A stretch of 63,912 bases of DNA, filler included, from Chiloscyllium plagiosum (lineage: Eukaryota), in NCBI RefSeq assembly GCF_004010195.1. It is 4 parts of one record of this genome, joined end to end, with 100 filler letters (N's around TTAATTAATTAA, not from the genome) between each part and the next. Parts side by side here need not be neighbours in the genome. Positions count along the whole stretch, not along the records: positions 34,378 to 57,751 come from NC_057712.1; positions 57,852 to 63,912 come from NC_057712.1; 2 more parts are not named here. One strand, given 5' to 3'. The position numbers were made by a program, and so were the translations under genes. This document shows, in pieces, positions 49,745 through 60,728 of this stretch. Numbering within the stretch: position 1 is the first letter of the stretch; each line of letters begins with the position of its first letter. The notes under the pieces were generated by a model. That model did not search any database and had not been told where the DNA came from. It worked only from the letters and a program-made list of their open reading frames with translations.

Positions 49745-52700
49745 TACACCTGATCAGGTCCTGGGGATTGATCCACTTTTATGTGTTTCAAGACATCCAG
49801 CACTTCCTCCTCTATAATATGGACATTTTTGAAGATATCACCATCTATTTCCCTATTTTCTACATCTTCCATATCCTTCTCCACAGTAAACATTGATGCA
49901 AAATACTTGTTTAATATCTCCCCCATCTCCTGCAGTTCCACACAAATGCCACCTTGCTGATCTTTGCAGGGCCCTATTCTCTCCCTAGTTACCTTTTTGT
50001 CCTTAATGTATTTGTAAAAACCCTTTGGATTCTCCTTAACTTTATTTGCTAAAGCTATCTCATGTCCCCTTTTTGTCCTCCTGATTTCCCTCTTACGTAT
50101 ACTCCTCCTGCCTTTATTCTCTTCTCAGGATTCATTCAATCTATCCTGTCTATACCTGACATATGCTTCCTTCTTTTTCTTAACCAAACCCTCAATTCTT
50201 TTAGTCATCCAGCATTCCCTATACCTACCAGCCTTTCCTTTCACCCTAACAAGAATATACTGTCGTTGGACTCTCGTTATCTCATTTCCGAAGGCTTCCC
50301 ATTTTTCAGCTCTCCTTTTATCTGCGAACATCTGCCCCTAGTCAGGTTTTGAAAGTTCTTGCCTAATACCATCAAAAGTAGCCTTCTTCCAATGTAGAAC
50401 TTTTAGATCTGGTCTATCCTTTTCCTTCACTAGTTTAAAACTAATAGAATTATGGTCGCTGGCCCCAAAGTGCTCCCCCACTGACACCTCAGTCACCTGC
50501 TCTGCCTTATTTCCTAAGAGTAGGTCAAGTTTTGCAACTTTTCTAGGAGGTATATCCACATATTGAATCAGAAAAATTTCTTGTACACACTTAACAAATT
50601 CTTCTCCATCTAAGCCCTGAACACTATGGCAGCCCCAGCCTATGTTTGGAAAGTTAAAATCCCCTGCCATAACTACCCTATTATTCTTATTGATAACTAA
50701 GATCTCCTTACAAATCTGTTTCTGAATTTCCCTCTGATTATCAGAGGGTCTATAATACAATCCCAATAAGGTGATTATCCCTTTCTTATTTTTCGGTTCA
50801 ACCCAAATATCTTCCTGGATGTATTTCTGGGAATATCGTCCCTCAGTACAGCTGTAATGCTATCCCTTACCAAAAACACCACTCCCCCTCCTCTCTTGCC
50901 TCCTTTTCTGTCCTTCCTGTAGCATTTGTATCCTGGAACATTAAGCTGCCAGTCCTGTCCATCCCTGAGCCATGTTTCTGTAATTGCTATGATATCCCAG
51001 TCCCATGTTGCTAACCATGCCCTGAATTCATCTGTCTTCCCTGTTAGGCATCTTGCATTGAAATAAATGCAATTTAATTTATCAGTCCTCCCTTGTTTTC
51101 TGCTTTGTCCCTGCCTACCCTGACTGTTTGACTCGCTTCATTTCTCAACCGTACTCGTCTCAGATTGATCTCTTTCCTCATATTCTCCCTGGGTCCAATG
51201 CCCCACCCCTCCCCCCCCACTTTACTAGTTCGAATCCTCCTGAGCAGCTCTGCCAAATCTCCCTGCCAGTATATTAATCCCCTTCCAATTCAGGTGCAAT
51301 CCATCCTTCTTGTACAGGTCACTTCTGCTCCAGAGAAGATTCTAAAAATCCAAAAATGTGAATCCTTCTCCTGAACACCAGCTCCTCAGCCATGCATTCA
51401 TCTGCTCTATCCTCCTATTCCTGCCCTCACTAGCTTTTACTATTGAGAATAATCCAGATATTACTACACTCAAGGACTTTCTTTTTCAATTCCTGCCTAA
51501 CTCTTTATATTCTCCCTTCAGAATCTTAACCTTTTCCCTTCTTATGTCATTGGTTCCAATGTACACAATGATGTCCTGCTGGTCCCTCTCCCCCTTGAGA
51601 ACATTCTGCATCCTCTCTGAGACATGGTTGATCCTGGCACCAGGGAGGAAACACACCATTCTGATTTTTCACTGCTGGCTACAGAAATGTCTATCTGTGT
51701 CTCGGACTAGAGAGTCCCCTAGCACAATTGATCTCTTGGAACCTGACATACCCCTCATTGCATTACAGCCAGTCCTGATACCAGAAACTTGGCTGTTCTT
51801 GTTATATTCTCCAGAGAATCTATCACCCCTATATTTTTCAGAACAGCATACTTGCTTGAAATTGGGTTAGCCACAGAACACTCCTGCACTACCTCTCTTA
51901 CATTTCCTGGAGTTAACCCATCTATGTGACCTCATCTGCAACTTTTTTCCCTTCCTGTAACTGCCATCCATCACATCCTCTTGCTGCTGTAAATTCCTCA
52001 TTGCCTCTAACTGTCATCCAACGGATCCATAAGATTTGCAACCAACGGCAATTATTGCAGATATAATCTTCAGTAACCTGTAAACTCTCCCTAAATTCCC
52101 ACATCTGACAAGAAGATCATATCACTCTACGAAGGTCATTTTTTGCTTCTTCCAATCTACAGACTCAGAAAATAGTACTGTCTTATTCCTCTACAAAACA
52201 CTGCTCCAGGTTAAATTAATACTTATGGCTTATATTTTTAAGTTTAATCAAGAGACGTATCTTAATAAAGCATATAATCAAGAAAGAACCCACTCTACAC
52301 ACTCCTGCAGACTTACTATAAGGCCACACTTAAAAATATTCACTTATCTGTTTCTGTGCTGTGACCTCTCCCAAACAGGTTCCTCCAAGATTGAAAGAAA
52401 AAAGCATAATATATGTCAAAGATTCGTGGTAAACCAGAGGATTGGGAAAGTGTTAAAAAAACAAAAGATGACCAAAAACAACCTATAAAGACGGAGAAGA
52501 TAAACATTGAGTGTAAACTTGCAAGTAATATCACAATAGATAGCAAAACCTTTGCTTAAAATACGCAAGAAGTAAGCGAGAGGCTAAAATGAACACACGC
52601 CCCCTTAGAGAATGAGGCTAGCGAAATAAACATGGGGAAGCAGGAATTGACAGAGAAGTTCAATAAATAATTTCTATTAGTCCTCAGAGTACAAGACCTT

Positions 52701-53235
52701 AACAGCATTTCAAAATTAATAAATAATCAAATAGAAAATGGAGGGAGGAAAAAGTACTATAATTATCTCAAAAGCAACCACTGGGGCTAAAAACCACTTA
52801 AGGCACCCCCATATCTGATAGGATGCATCATTGGTACATGCATGAATCAGAAAAACCTAGTATACATGTATCCAATGATAACTACAGAAACATTGGATGC
52901 ACTGGTAGCAATCTTTCAAGAATCCATAGATTCTGTAGAAGCCCCAAATGATTGGAAAACTACTAATGTAGCACCTTTATTTTAGAAAAAAGGAGACACA
53001 AACAACCAGCTATCGGCCAGTTAGCTTAATATCTGTCATCAAGAAGATGTTAGTTTATTATAATGGTACATGAGCAAGAATTTAGAAATGCACAGTATGA
53101 TCAAAAATGAAGGGGAAATCATTCCTGAGAAATTTGCTAGAATTCTTTGAGAAGGTAATAAGCAGAATAGATAAAAGGGAAGCAGTGGATGTAATATATT
53201 TAGATTTTCAGAACCTGTTTGACAAAGTACCACAC

Positions 53236-53372
53236 CAGGTTATAGTCCAACAGGTTTAATTGGAAGCACTAGCTTTCAGAGTGCTGCTCCTTCATCTGCT
53301 CCTATAACCTGGTGTTGCGTGATTTTTAACTTTATACACCCTAGTCCAACACCGGCATCTCTAAATCATGAC
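53236..53372. mobile_element. Short inverted PLE family B pLTR insert
   Basis: Minus-strand pLTR segment up to the hammerhead core (ttcatc, ~53296), then the sense pLTR end. Confidence 0.75.
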
Positions 53373-53545
53373 TAGATGTTCAAAGTAGTTGAAAGCATGG
53401 ATAGAGGATCAGCCAACTAGCAGAAGACAGAGAGTTGGAATCTGGGGGCATTTTCAGGAAGGCAAATTAACTATTGTGCAGTAGAACAAGGATAAATGCT
53501 AAGGCCACAATTATTCACAATATATGCGAATGATCTGGATAAGGG

Positions 53546-53865
53546 TCATGATTTGGAGATGCCGGTGTTGGACTGGGGTGTACAAAGTTAAAAATCACAC
53601 AACACCAGGTTATAGTCCAACAGTTTAATTAGAAGTACACTAGCTTTCGGAGCGATGCTCCTTCATCAGGTGATGGTGGAAGGCTCGATCGTAACACAGA
53701 ATTTATAGCAAAAATATACAGTGTGATGTAACTGAAATTATACATTGAAAAATTGATTGTTAAGCCTTTCATCTATTAGAATACAGTGATAGTTTCACTT
53801 CTTTCATGTTTTTTTTTAAAGTTGCATTCTTGGGTTAGCTGTTAACAATGGTGATAGCTAGACAA
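53546..53865 (-). mobile_element. PLE family B pLTR and 3' region
   Basis: Homologous to 16610-16930. Confidence 0.82.
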
Positions 53866-56412
53866 CATATTATAGCAAAGTTTGCTGATTGCACAAACAT
53901 ATGTGGGATGGCCACTGGTGAGGTTGAGACAGTTTGAAGAGGGATATAGATAGCTTAAGTGAGTGAACAAAAACTTGCAGATGGAATATTATGTTGGAAA
54001 ATGTGAGGTTATAACTTTAGTGGGTAGAATAGAGGAGCTAACTATTATTTATGTAGAGAACGGCTGCAGAAAGCTATAGCACAGGGAATTTTGGGAGTCC
54101 TCATGCATGAATCAGAAAAACCTAGCATCCACATTCAACAGGTAAGTGGGATGACAAATGAGATATTGGCCTTTATTTTGAAGGAAACGGAGTATAAAAA
54201 CAGGGAATTCTTTCTAGAGCAATACAAGGCATTATGAACAACCTTAGCCCCTTCTCTAAGGAAAGGTGTAGTGGCCTTACAGGTAGTCCAGAGAAGATTC
54301 ATTCAGTTGATCCCAGGTATGACAGACAGTCTAATGAGGAGAAATTAAGTATGTTTGCCCTGTACTCATCAGACAGGATTCTTAGGGGACTTGAAACAGG
54401 AGATGCAGAAAGATTGCGTTCCCTTGTGGGAGAGTCTAGAACCAGAGGGCATAATCTCAACTGTCCAATTAAGACAGAGATAAGGTGGATTTTTTTTTCT
54501 CAGAGAGTAATGAATCTGTGGAATTCTTTACCACAGAGAAATATTCCAACTGGGTTGTTAAGTGTATTCAAGGCTAAAATAGACAGGCACATTTTAAATC
54601 AGGAAGAGTTAAAGGTAAAGGTAAAAGGCAGGAAAGTGGAGTTGAGGATTATCAGATCAACCATGATGTTATTGAATGGCAGAGTGGACTCAATGGGCTG
54701 AATGGCCTACTTCCACTCCTATGTCTTATGGTCAAAACCTTTGTCCTCCTTCAAGGCTCTGTAAGGTAGAACTGGAAACCATAAATGATTTCAAATGGGA
54801 AATCGGATGGATTCTTCAGAGAAATAAAGTTATGGTGCTCAGGGGTTGGAACAGGGGAGTGATTGGATTGCTTGACAGAACGCCAGTCAGGACATGAGGA
54901 GCTGAATGGCTTCCCCGTGTCATAATGACTTAATTGGCAATTCTTCATACATAAGTCTAGACAGTTAAAGTGCACATATTTCTTGCAGACAGTAAGCATC
55001 AGAGAAAATACAGAATCCTGGCTGATGTGCACAAATTCGAGAAGGATCAGTCACTTTCAATACTAGCTGCCCTCCCTACACACTACAATTTGGCTTCAGC
55101 TCTGTTGAAGTACCATCTAGACTCAAAACATTAGTTTGCTCTCTCTCCCTAGATGCTGCCTAACCCACAGTGATCTCCAGCATTTGCTGTTTTCAGTTCA
55201 AATTGTTCACTAATGTTTGTTTATTAAGATAATATTGCCTAACTGGAAGCCTTAATGTTATCAGCCATAATAAGTTACCTGGTGCAATGTGAATGATAAC
55301 CTATGCTCAGTCAAATAGTTTCTGTCTGCACATATTTGTGTGCGTGTGTGTATGCTCATTGTTTACTTTGTACAATTGCCATAGGGAGAAATTGCAATGC
55401 CTGCATGACGATAGTGTCACTGAAATTATTACTAGCTGTGAGAAAATACCAGGAAATACAGTAAGGAAAAATCACATTAACAGAAGAACAGAGTCAGTTG
55501 GATGGAATTGAGAAATGCTAGGATAGATATGGTATGACATGAAAAAATCGTAAACCAAGAGATTGTGATCATTTTCTATGTACAGTAATTTCAATTTTGT
55601 TTTGCAATTTTTAAATACTTATTACGCTATAAACTCTGTTCCTTAACTGGTTAAGCAATGTGGTGGCCACTGAACAATATGGCAAGGTGCTTGAAGGCAG
55701 GTAAAGCAGCTCCAAGTTGAGAGGAGCCCAATTCCTTGGGAAGGGTATGACCCCTTTTACAAATGTCGTTTTAAACAAGGCATCACCTGTAGGTGGCGAA
55801 ACTGGAGCGAGAGAAGGCCAATGCCAGACAGCTAAAAAATGAAAGGGAAGATTCAATGAAGTTGGCTGGGAATTAAACAATTTCAGATGGATCTTCATTT
55901 TTTTAATAAAAAGACCTTTGAGCTTTGGAAGGTTCACTATTTATAAGGTAAAGAAAGCTGAAAAGGAATCTACAACAAAAGAGATTCAAAATGTATTTTG
56001 ATTAAATTGGTTTTGCTCCAATTGGGAAACACTTTTGAGTCATCCTACATATGAATGCTGCTTAGCTGGTTATTTTTAATAGTTGGATGGAAGACTTTTA
56101 ATTAAACACACGCAGTTTGGTGACTCTTCTATGGAAACGTTATCATGAGTAATATATTATTAACGATGTAATGTGATCTAGATAAGGGAATCAAATGCAA
56201 CTTTTCAAAGTTTGCTGACAACACAAAAATGGGTGGGATTGTGAATTATGTGGAGGCTTCAGGTGATTTGGACAAGTTGAGTGAGTAGGCAAACACATGG
56301 CAAATACAGTACAGAATGGCTAAATGAATTCCTGTGTGAAAAATGAAAAGGAAGAGTATAATTTATATTGGGAGGTTTAGATGTGCCTCATACACCAGTC
56401 AATGAAAGTAGA

Positions 56413-56735
56413 TGTTGAAAAGTGTGGTGCAGGAAAAGCACATCACATATCAGGCAGTGCCATATCAGGCAGCATCTGAGGAGCAGGACAATCAATGTTT
56501 TGGGCATAAGCCCTTCATCAGGAATGTAGAGGGAGAAGGAGGCTGAGATTTAAACAGGAGTGTGGAAGTGGGGCTGGGGAAAGGAAGCTGGGAAGGTGAT
56601 AGGTGGACGCAAGTGAGGGGTGATTGTGATTGGTTGGTGGGGGAAGGTGGAGCGGATAGGTGGGAAGGAAGATGGACAAGTTGGTCAGGTCAATAGGGCA
56701 CTGCTGAGTTGGAGGGTTGGATATGGGATGAAGTG
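56413..56735 (-). mobile_element. PLE family A-like pLTR/3' region, inserted in an old CR1 remnant at ~56150-56410
   Basis: Core at 56494-56521(-) and G-rich antisense 3' region. Confidence 0.75.
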
Positions 56736-56739
56736 AGGA

Positions 56740-57751
56740 GAAGGGAGCGGCGCGAGCTGGGCGCAAGTGAGGTTGGAGCACAGAGCTGGTCGGGAAGGTA
56801 AGTAATTACTATATAAAGAAGTTACCTCAACGCCAACGGTCTTTTCACAGCAGAGAGCGGCGCGAGCTGGGCGGAAGTGAGGTTGGAGCGCAGAGCTGGT
56901 CGGGAAGGTAAGTGATTGATATTTGAGTGGGTGTGTTCTAGACCCCAGGCCCTACATAGTAAGCTACTCAGTGTTCTTGTTTTCGGAGACGAGGTGTAGA
57001 GTAATGGCAGCGCAGGCAGTGGAATGTTCCTCCTGCAGGATGTTCGAGGTAGGGGTGACCACCGATACTCCTGCCGACTTCATCTGCAGGAAATGCAGTC
57101 AGATCCTGCTCCTCACAGAACGAGTTAGGGAACTGGAACTGGAGTTGGATGAACTGAGGATTATTCGAGAGGCTGAGAGGGTGAGAGATAGAAGCTACAG
57201 GGACATAGCTACCCCAGAGAACAGAGGTAGCTGGGTAACAGTTAGAGGTGAGAAGGGGAGGAAGCAGGCAGTGCAGGGATCCCCTGTGGTCATTCCCCTA
57301 AACAATAAGTATACCGCTTTGGATACTGGTGGGGGGACAGCCTAGCAGGGGTAAGCTCAGTGACCGGGTCTCTGGCACGAGGTCCAACTCTGAGGCTCAG
57401 AAGGGAAAGGGGGAGAGGAGGAGACCGCTAGTTATAGGCGACTCTCTAGTTAGACGGTCGGACAGGCGATTCTGTGGGCATGGGCGAGACTCTCGGATGG
57501 TTTGTTGCCTCCCGGGTGCCAGGGTCCGAGACGTCTCGGACCGTGTCTTCAGAATCCTTAAGGGGGAGGGTGTGCAGCCAGAAGTCATGGTGCACATTGG
57601 CACCAACAGCATAGGTAGGAAAAGGGGTGGGCAGGTCATTCAGGAGCTCAGGGAGTTAGGCTGGAAGCTGAAAGTTAGGACAGACAGAGTCGTCATCTCT
57701 GGGTTGTTGCCGGTGCCACGTGACAGTGAGGCAAGGAATAGGGAGAGAGTG
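56740..57751 (+). mobile_element. Young CR1 5' end: duplicated 5'UTR monomers and ORF1 (Zn finger, leucine zipper, SGNH esterase)
   Basis: ATG at 57004 begins MAAQAVECSSC..FICRKC..LTERVRELELELDEL. After one frameshift at the G-run ~57331-57336 it reads VIGDSLVR..LPGARV..HIGTNS..VVISGLLP. CpG-rich. Confidence 0.9.
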
Positions 57752-57851
57752 NNNNNNNNNNNNNNNNNNNNNNNNNNNNNNNNNNNNNNNNNNNNTTAAT
57801 TAATTAANNNNNNNNNNNNNNNNNNNNNNNNNNNNNNNNNNNNNNNNNNNN
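57752..57851. other. Artificial scaffold spacer N44-TTAATTAATTAA-N44
   Basis: Linker at 57796-57807. Confidence 0.97.
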
Positions 57852-58364
57852 AGGTACAGCAGGTAGTGAAGAAAGCTAATAGCATGCTGGCCTTCATAAC
57901 AAGAGGGATTGAGTATAGAAGTAAAGAGGTTCTTCTAAGCTGTACAGGGCCCTGGTGAGACCACACCTCGAATACTGTGTGCAGGTCTGGTCTCCAAATT
58001 TGAGGAAAGACATTCTGGCTATTGAGGGAGTGCAGCATAGGTTCACGAGGTCAATTCCTGGAAGGGCAGGACTACCTTACGCTGAAAGACTGAAGTGACT
58101 GGGCTTTTATACCCTTAAGTTTAGAAGACTGAGAGGGGATCTGATTGAGACACATAAGATTATTAATGGATTGGACACTCTGGAGGCAGGAAACATGTTT
58201 CCGCTGATGGAAGAGTGCCGAACCAGAGGACAAATCAAGGGTTATGGAGATAAGGCAGGAACAGGATACTGATTAGGGATGATCAGCCATGATCATATTG
58301 AATGGTGGTGCAGGCTCGAAGGGCAGAATGGCCTACTCCTGCATCTATTGTCTATTGTCTATTG
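57852..58364 (+). mobile_element. CR1 3' fragment with a (CTATTGT)n tail
   Basis: Encodes LVRPHLEYCVQVWSPNLRKD; has an internal deletion at ~58232; the tail is ctattgtctattgtctattg. Confidence 0.9.
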
Positions 58365-58639
58365 CCCCCTTTGAGATTTGATATTTTTGCAATTTTATCC
58401 TGATTGGTGTTAGATGTAAACTTTTAATAGCACATCTATATTTTAAACAACTAAGTTCTTGACCAGCAAGTGAGCAAAAATATTTTACCCAGATCTAGAA
58501 TCACTATTGCATAAATCATAGGAAAGACATTCAGTTTCTTTGAAAATACACAGCACTCTATTTGAAATATGCAAGGATCAACATCATAGGTCACAGAATG
58601 GTTATAAAAGATTTAGAGGCAATTCTGACCATTGCATTT

Positions 58640-58936
58640 TTTTTTAAGATTAGATTACTTAGTGTGGAAACAGGCCCTTCGGCCCAACAAGTCCACACCA
58701 ACCTGCAGAAGTGCAATCCACCCAGACCCATTCCCCTACATTTACCCCTGCACCTAACACTACAGGCAATTTAATGTAGCCAATTCATCTAACCTGCACA
58801 TTTTTGGACTGTGGGAGGAAACCGGAGCACCCGGGGAGAATGTACAAACTGCACACAGTCAGTCGCCTGAGGCGAAAATTGAACCCGTGTCTCTGGCGCT
58901 GTAAGGCAGCAGTGATAACCACTGTGCCACCGTGCC
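58640..58936 (-). mobile_element. HE1-type V-SINE, possible 6-bp TSD gcattt
   Basis: Same structure as 7381-7700; gcattt occurs at 58634 and 58937. Confidence 0.87.
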
Positions 58937-58963
58937 GCATTTCTGCCAGCTATAACCACAGGA

Positions 58964-60100
58964 CCATAAAAAATAGGAACAGGAGTACACCATTCGGTCC
59001 CTAGAATTTGTTCTGCCATTCAGTTGGATCATGGTTGATCTGAAATTCCTCACATCCAATTTCCTGCCCTTTCTCTATAACTCCCAATTTCCTTACTATC
59101 GACTATTAAATATGCAAAGGTATCTGCCTTCCCAACTCTCTGTGGTGAGTTCCAAAGACACTCACCCCTTAGAAAAGCAAGTCATAAATAGGTGCCCCGT
59201 TATTCTGAGACTATGCCGTCTGGTCCTTTACTTCCCCATGAGGAAAAACATCCTCTTGGCTTTACCCTGTTGAGCCCCTTAAGAATTAGATCACTTCTCA
59301 TGCTTCTAACTTCCAAAGATCAGAGTCCTACTTGTTTAACCTTTGCTCATAAGACAATCCCTCCACACCAGGTATATCCTAGTGAAACTTCTCTGATTGT
59401 CTCCAATGAAATATTTCCTTAAAGAAGGGGATCAAAACTGCTCACAGTATTCCACATGTGGTCTCACTAGCACCTTGTACAGTTGCAGTAAGACTTTCTT
59501 ACTTTTTTTACATTCTAACTCTCTTGGAATAATGGCCAACATTTTATTAACCTTCTTGATTATCTGTCGTGCCTGTGTGCTAGCTTTCGTTGTTTCATGC
59601 AGTGTTACAACTTCCTGTAGCTTTTCTCCTTTAAATAATACTTTTTGTTCTCCAAGATGAACAATTTCACATTCTCCCACATTATACTCCGTTTTCTAAA
59701 TTTTTTCCCACTAACTGAACCTATCAACATATCTCTGAAAACACCTTTCCACCTATTCTGCAAATTTGGCTGCATTGCATACACATCTTTCTTCCAAGTC
59801 TTTAATATATAATGGGAACAGTTGCAGTCCCAGCACTGATCCCTGTGGAAACATGCTGGTTACAGAGTAAACCCAAAGACCTCACTATCCCCACACGTTG
59901 TTTCCTGTCCCATAACCAATTCTCTATGCATGCCAACGTACTACTTCCAACTCCATTGGGTCTTATCGTATGATTTAACTTTTTTGTGTGGTACCTCGTC
60001 AAATGCTTTCCAATAGTCCAAATACAACACTGGCTCCCTTCTATCCACTCTGGCAGAGACATCCTCGAAAACTTCCAATAACAAGGGCTAGTCAGAGAGT
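58964..60100 (-). mobile_element. Old CR1 RT and 3' fragment
   Basis: ORFs read VLLQLYKVLVRPHVEYCEQF and IENWLWDRKQRVG. Confidence 0.82.
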
Positions 60101-60728
60101 CCACTCCCATATCTTTTCTCCCCAAGTCCCTGCAAGATTTTCTCCAGATAATTATCCAATCTCGTTTTTAAGTCTCAATGAATTTGACTCCACACAGCCT
60201 CAAGTATTGCATTCCAGAATCAAAGCATTTGCTGTAAACAACAACAAAACAAAGTCACATTGTCTTTTACTCCTATTCTGGTTCATGGATAATAAATAGG
60301 AAATAATTTTCATTTTTTTTTTAGAATGCAAAATATAGGAAAATGTTCTGGTTAGCTTTATAAACAGAGTCTATAAATTAACAGTTCTTTTTGTGTTAAG
60401 CATACGGCTCCCACTCAACAATGCAGAACTCCAAGGCTTGAAAAGTATTCCCATTTCTAATGGGACTGAAAAGTCTTCTGTAGTTTCTCAAGAAATATGC
60501 AGTGAAGTACTCAAAACCTTAACAGTAGTTTCTTAACCTGTCACAATCTCGCTTGCCTTTTCTGATTTAATTGATATTAAATGGTCAAAGCTCCAAAGAA
60601 CGTTTCCCTTTTACTTCTATGTTCCAGATACTGTTCCGTTCTACATCGTCATGTTGGAATTCAGATTACACTATCTCTGACTCTAACTCTCTTTCTCAGG
60701 TCCTTGTAACTATGGTGGTACTCATCTC

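Larger units (their letters stand above)
47277..52392 (-). mobile_element. Near full-length, disrupted CR1/HER1 LINE (5'UTR, ORF1 Zn finger/esterase, ORF2 APE-RT, tail)
   Basis: ORF1 reads MWEFRESL..YICNNC..GDSLVR..LPGAR..IGTND (~52140-51230). ORF2 reads YFNAR..GLYYRP..GDFNFP..SDHN, YRP, MDFSKTF, VPQGSVL, KFADDTK, LEYCMQFW. Contains multiple stops and frameshifts. Confidence 0.93.
52400..54733 (+). mobile_element. Old CR1 ORF2 and 3' end hosting PLE family B inserts
   Basis: Degenerate text for KLASNI, DWKTTNVAPLF, YRPVSL, VDVIYLDF and FFSQRVMNLWNSLP; the tail is cctatgtcttatggtc. Confidence 0.8.
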
